This document shows, piece by piece, positions 60,093 to 64,000 of a stretch of 64,000 bases of DNA. Under the pieces are notes generated by a model. That model made no database searches and had not been told where the DNA came from. It saw only the letters and a program-made list of their open reading frames with translations. A program made the position numbers and the translations under genes. Position 1 is the stretch's first letter. Every line of letters begins with the position of its first letter. Source of the stretch: Eledone cirrhosa (Eukaryota); contig OZ024743.1 of the NCBI GenBank assembly GCA_964016885.1, positions 66,340,001 through 66,404,000 on the forward strand, in the 5' to 3' direction.

Positions 60093-61099
60093 AAAAGCAA
60101 TAATAAATGCACGGATAATTCAGAGTTCAAAATAAGGTCTATAATAATTTATAGTTTGTATATTTACTCTATATTTGATTCATGGATATAAAAATGCAGT
60201 AGGTATATTTAAAAGAAAAAAAAAACGTAGAAAATATAATTACATACATATCATAAATAAGAGATCAAAAACACATGAAAGATTTACAGTTACAAATAAG
60301 TTCCGTAAAAATGTATGGGTTGGATATTGAACTAAAATTTAAAACTTAGATAGGAAGATAAAGATAGAGAAATAAAGAAATAATGGTATGGATCAAAGTT
60401 AATAATATCATTTTATCAATATCAATGTTCCGGCTTGTTATTGAACAAGTGTCTTTCATTCGAGCGTTATTTCTTCTATAGATAGTTATAAGATAATGTA
60501 ATATTAAAGGCCATTAATGTTTTTCCCTGTTGATTAAATACGTCTGACAACCAAGTTTTTAATGGTTAAGTGTTTCTCTCTCTTTTTTTCTCGTTTTGTG
60601 GGAGGCTAAGAATGTGGACGTAGCTTCATGGAGGCAAGTAGAGAATAATTCACTTTTTTTGTTAATTAGGGTCTCATAGTTATTAATAATCAACAGGGTC
60701 TCCATTGTACAGAGCGCGCAGTTATTTGATATACTAGAGTTGTGGTAAACTCCACAGTTCCGAAGTTTAGTCCAAAGAATGGAGTATTTTAAATTCCTCT
60801 CTTTTAATGACCATATGAGCTGTGATTAAAGACGTGGATGATTTCCTCTTGGAGTTCGAGAAAGAGCAGTTATGGTTCGCAAATCTGGCTTTAAATGTAG
60901 AAGAAGTCGATCCTATGTAGTTGTATGTTGTACATCCGAAATATGTATAATAAAATGTAATTGATCAAAAGAACATCTATTTTATTAATACTTGTATTTT
61001 AATATTAATAACTCTGGAAAATTATTTTCGTAGAGTGCTTCCGATCTACTGTAAAACTCATTCTTTGATATACTAATTGAATCTTGTTTAACTCTTTAA
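59024..61099 (-). mobile_element. Truncated PLE: GIY-YIG remnant (~60600-60925), long 3' UTR, HHR, inverted arm 60927-61003 plus tail
   Basis: Minus strand YNYIGSTSSTFKARFANH..CALCTMETLLI..LINKKSELFSTCLH; arms 59024-59100 / 60927-61003. Confidence 0.88.
59072..59122 (-). ncRNA. Type I minimal hammerhead ribozyme
   Basis: ttttgt-CTGATGA-ggacgtac tgtt gtacatcc-GAAA-tatgt-ATA-ataaaa. Confidence 0.9.
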
Positions 61100-61111
61100 T
61101 ATATATATATA

Positions 61112-61323
61112 TATATTTAATATAGAAAAAGCTTCTTCAGGACTAGAACTGTTTCATTCGTCAGAAATCATCAGGAAGCTCTTGGGTGGAGCTTTCAAAT
61201 GATTTCTCACGAATGAAACAGTTCTAGTCCTGTAGAAGCTTTACAATGTTAAATATGTATACTCTGCTTTGTATTGAGTACCTTACTTACTGTGGTTACC
61301 CCCGATTGAATCCGGGATAAACT
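61112..61323. mobile_element. Fold-back HHR element; arms ~61112-61190 / 61197-61257, tail on the right
   Basis: Consensus of both arms: gcttc-CTGATGA-tttctgacgaat-GAAA-cag..ctg-TA-gaagc. Confidence 0.82.
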
Positions 61324-61339
61324 TATATATATATATATG

Positions 61340-61476
61340 AAAATATTTGACCCCGACGGCAGAGCTCAAGCCGTTTCGACGGCTATTTCTGGACTCATAT
61401 TACCCACTCTACTACCCTAAGTATTGAGTACTTGGGTGCGTTATGGTCTATCTGGTTCCTTACCACTCTTCCTTCG

Positions 61477-61478
<2 letters not shown>
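61340..61478. mobile_element. Third copy of the 11612/39756 family, internally inverted
   Basis: gaccccgacggcagagctcaagccgtttcga followed by the tail in the opposite orientation; TA flanks. Confidence 0.75.
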
Positions 61479-61549
<71 letters not shown>

Positions 61550-61552
<3 letters not shown>

Positions 61553-62287
61553 ATAATAATAAAACAGTTGAAGACTAAATCCAAAGAGGACTCGATAAGG
61601 AGGGCTCTAAATATATATCAGATATATAAGAACCGTAGAGAAAATATTTATTAAAATAGCATTAACGTTTAAGCAAAGAATCGCTGCTTTCACCCTTAAC
61701 GGGATCTTCTGAAACTAAAAAAGTCAATCTGTGAACTCAGAAGTAAATATTTTAACAAACGTTGCAACTGAAGGAAAACAGGAAGACGATACTTTGGTTC
61801 GTGGAAACGTTCCCTGGCAAAGAACGGAAAAAAACGAAGATAATACGTCATTATTAGGTGCGGTGAAAACAATTACGCGCAAAGACAAAACCACGTCTAT
61901 GGTATAACTGAAGTCGTAGACTAATATTCTATTAGGTGGTTCATGGAGACGTTCTCAGGCAATGAACGAAAAAAAAACGAAGATAATACGTCATTATGTG
62001 GAGCGTGGAGTACAATTACACGCAAAGACAAAACCACGTAAATGGTATAACTGAAGTCGTAGACTAAAATTTTATTTTGGAAACCGAATGATTCTCGGCT
62101 TCAGAGTTAAGAATAAAGTAAATAAAATACAGAGGTTATTGAAATTAAATATATACATACACGTATCCAAATACGTACGACCTTTTTTGAAATATTTACT
62201 TCTGCGTTCACAGATTGACTTTTTTAGTTTAAGAAGATCCCGTTAAGGGTGAAAGCAGCGATTCTTTGCTTAAACTTTAATCTGTTA

Positions 62288-62293
<6 letters not shown>
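61550..62293. mobile_element. Fold-back element of the 'CAGAAGA' HHR family with an internal ~142-bp tandem duplication
   Basis: Arms ~61650-61760 / 62183-62293; tail 61550-61650; duplication 61796-62075. Confidence 0.82.
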
Positions 62294-62352
<59 letters not shown>

Positions 62353-63145
62353 TGGAGTTTACCAATATATGTTCTGGTATAGAAGCTCATTGTTAATCAG
62401 TATCCTTGGTCAATCAGTAATCCAAAAGGCTGGATTATTTTTCAACCTCCGCGGGCTACATTATGGACTGTTATTGCACGAACTGCACAGCTCAACATTT
62501 TAATAAAATAACAATGAATAACCAGTTAAGATTTACAACATTATTTTACTCTACGAAAGTTTCAATGCAGGAGGGCGGGCCGTGTCTCATTTAAACACTA
62601 TATAATTATATTTTATAATGCAGAAATGCCTTTGTTCTTTTGACCAAAATATTCAAGAGAGACTTTGTGAGGCTCGGTTGAGGCACCGCTCTGGCCTGGG
62701 TGTGGGGTCTGTCACCCATGCCTCATTCCCCTTCCCCATTCTTTCTTCCTTTGCCTGGTGATCCTTGCTCTTCCTTTCCTTGTCCTCTCATTTGAATCAT
62801 GTGTGGTTCTTTTCAGTGGAGCTTTCTTTTCCTGTATCGTTAATCAAAAACAATTTCAATAGTTAAAAATAAAAATAAAAATAAAAACATTTAATACGTA
62901 AGAAGAGTTGGGACATTGCCCGTGAAAATGGACGCAGGGGCAAATCTATAATCTTAATGAAGAGACTAGCGGCATTTAGTGGGTTCGAGTCGGGTTGTCA
63001 TTGATAGTGTAAAGGAGTTGAAGTAGAAAATTTAACAGATGTACTATACCAGCAATTTATCATATACATAATAGAAACAAACTTAACAATTGATTAAAGA
63101 TAATAACTAAAGGATAACTTCTCGACAATTTTCATAAATAAACGT

Positions 63146-63333
63146 CGTCGTCTTCTTCTGCTTCTTCTTCTTCTTCTTCTTCTTCTTCTTCTTCTTCTTC
63201 TTCTTCTTCTTCTTCTTCTTCTTCTTCTTCTTCTTCTTCTTCTTCTTCTTCTTCGCCCACCTATTCCTGAGAGGGTCTTAGGGGACAGAGGCCTCAAATA
63301 CACCTTCCAGCGTGTCCTGTCAGAAGCAACCAT
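63146..63333 (-). mobile_element. RTE-clade LINE extreme 3' end with (GAA)n tail
   Basis: VASDRTRWKVYL plus (TTC)n. Confidence 0.85.
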
Positions 63334-63794
63334 TGAACTAAATCTTATAAACATGTTTCTTTACATATCTGGAAGATTAAAGATTATGCCACTCTCATGA
63401 GATCAAATATAATAGAAAACTATTGTTTTGTTCTTTGAATATAATGTTTATATTATTATTACTTTCTTTTATATGTATTTTATAGTTGTTGTTGTTTTGT
63501 TTGCATCCTATTTTCAATAAATGCCACAATTTACGTCGGATGTGTGTAATATAGTGTTGAAGGGGATTAATAGCGTAAATAGCTTCCATTGATATATTTC
63601 TATTAGTCTGTTTCACTGGGCTTTCTTTCCTTCTTTATTATCTCATACTTTCCTTCTTCTTCTTCTTCTTCTTCTTCTTCTTCTTCTTCTTCTTCTTCTT
63701 CTTCTTCATTATCTTCTATACTTCTTTTTCTTTTTTTTCTTCTTTTTTTTCTTTTCTCTCTTTATTTCTTTGTTTATCTTCTTATATTTTTCTT

Positions 63795-63852
<58 letters not shown>

Positions 63853-63968
63853 CACACACACACATATATATATATATACACACATATATATATATACACA
63901 CACATATATATATATACACACATATATATATATACATATATACATATATGCACACACACATATATATA

Positions 63969-64000
<32 letters not shown>

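Noticed and set aside
62540-62890. LINE 3' end with A-rich tail
   Set aside because: No coding remnant to assign it; too weak to call.

Overview
AT-rich, microsatellite-saturated eukaryotic DNA with no recognisable host gene. The abundant tRNA-type SINE resembles those of octopods (inference). The window is mostly retroelements: a near-full-length decayed Tx1/L1-clade LINE plus a second fragment, five RTE-clade 3' fragments (four with (GAA)n tails), R4/Dong-type REL elements, many SINEs, and Penelope-like elements (PLEs; RT + GIY-YIG). One PLE is very young, with an open 680-aa ORF and ~1.45-kb inverted arms. The main hidden signal is more than 20 hammerhead-ribozyme (HHR) motifs from many sequence-unrelated families, nearly all in elements bounded by (TA)n. 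These elements share an asymmetric fold-back architecture. One arm stops at a fixed point, usually 5-9 nt upstream of a covarying RCTC...GAGY-N8-12-CWGT stem; the other arm runs through that stem to a longer end. Also present are a 655-bp HHR-bearing tandem unit (retrozyme-like) and four HHR families with a compensatory U3-A8 core. Coordinates were read by eye and may be off by a few nt; RNA structures were paired manually, not computed.
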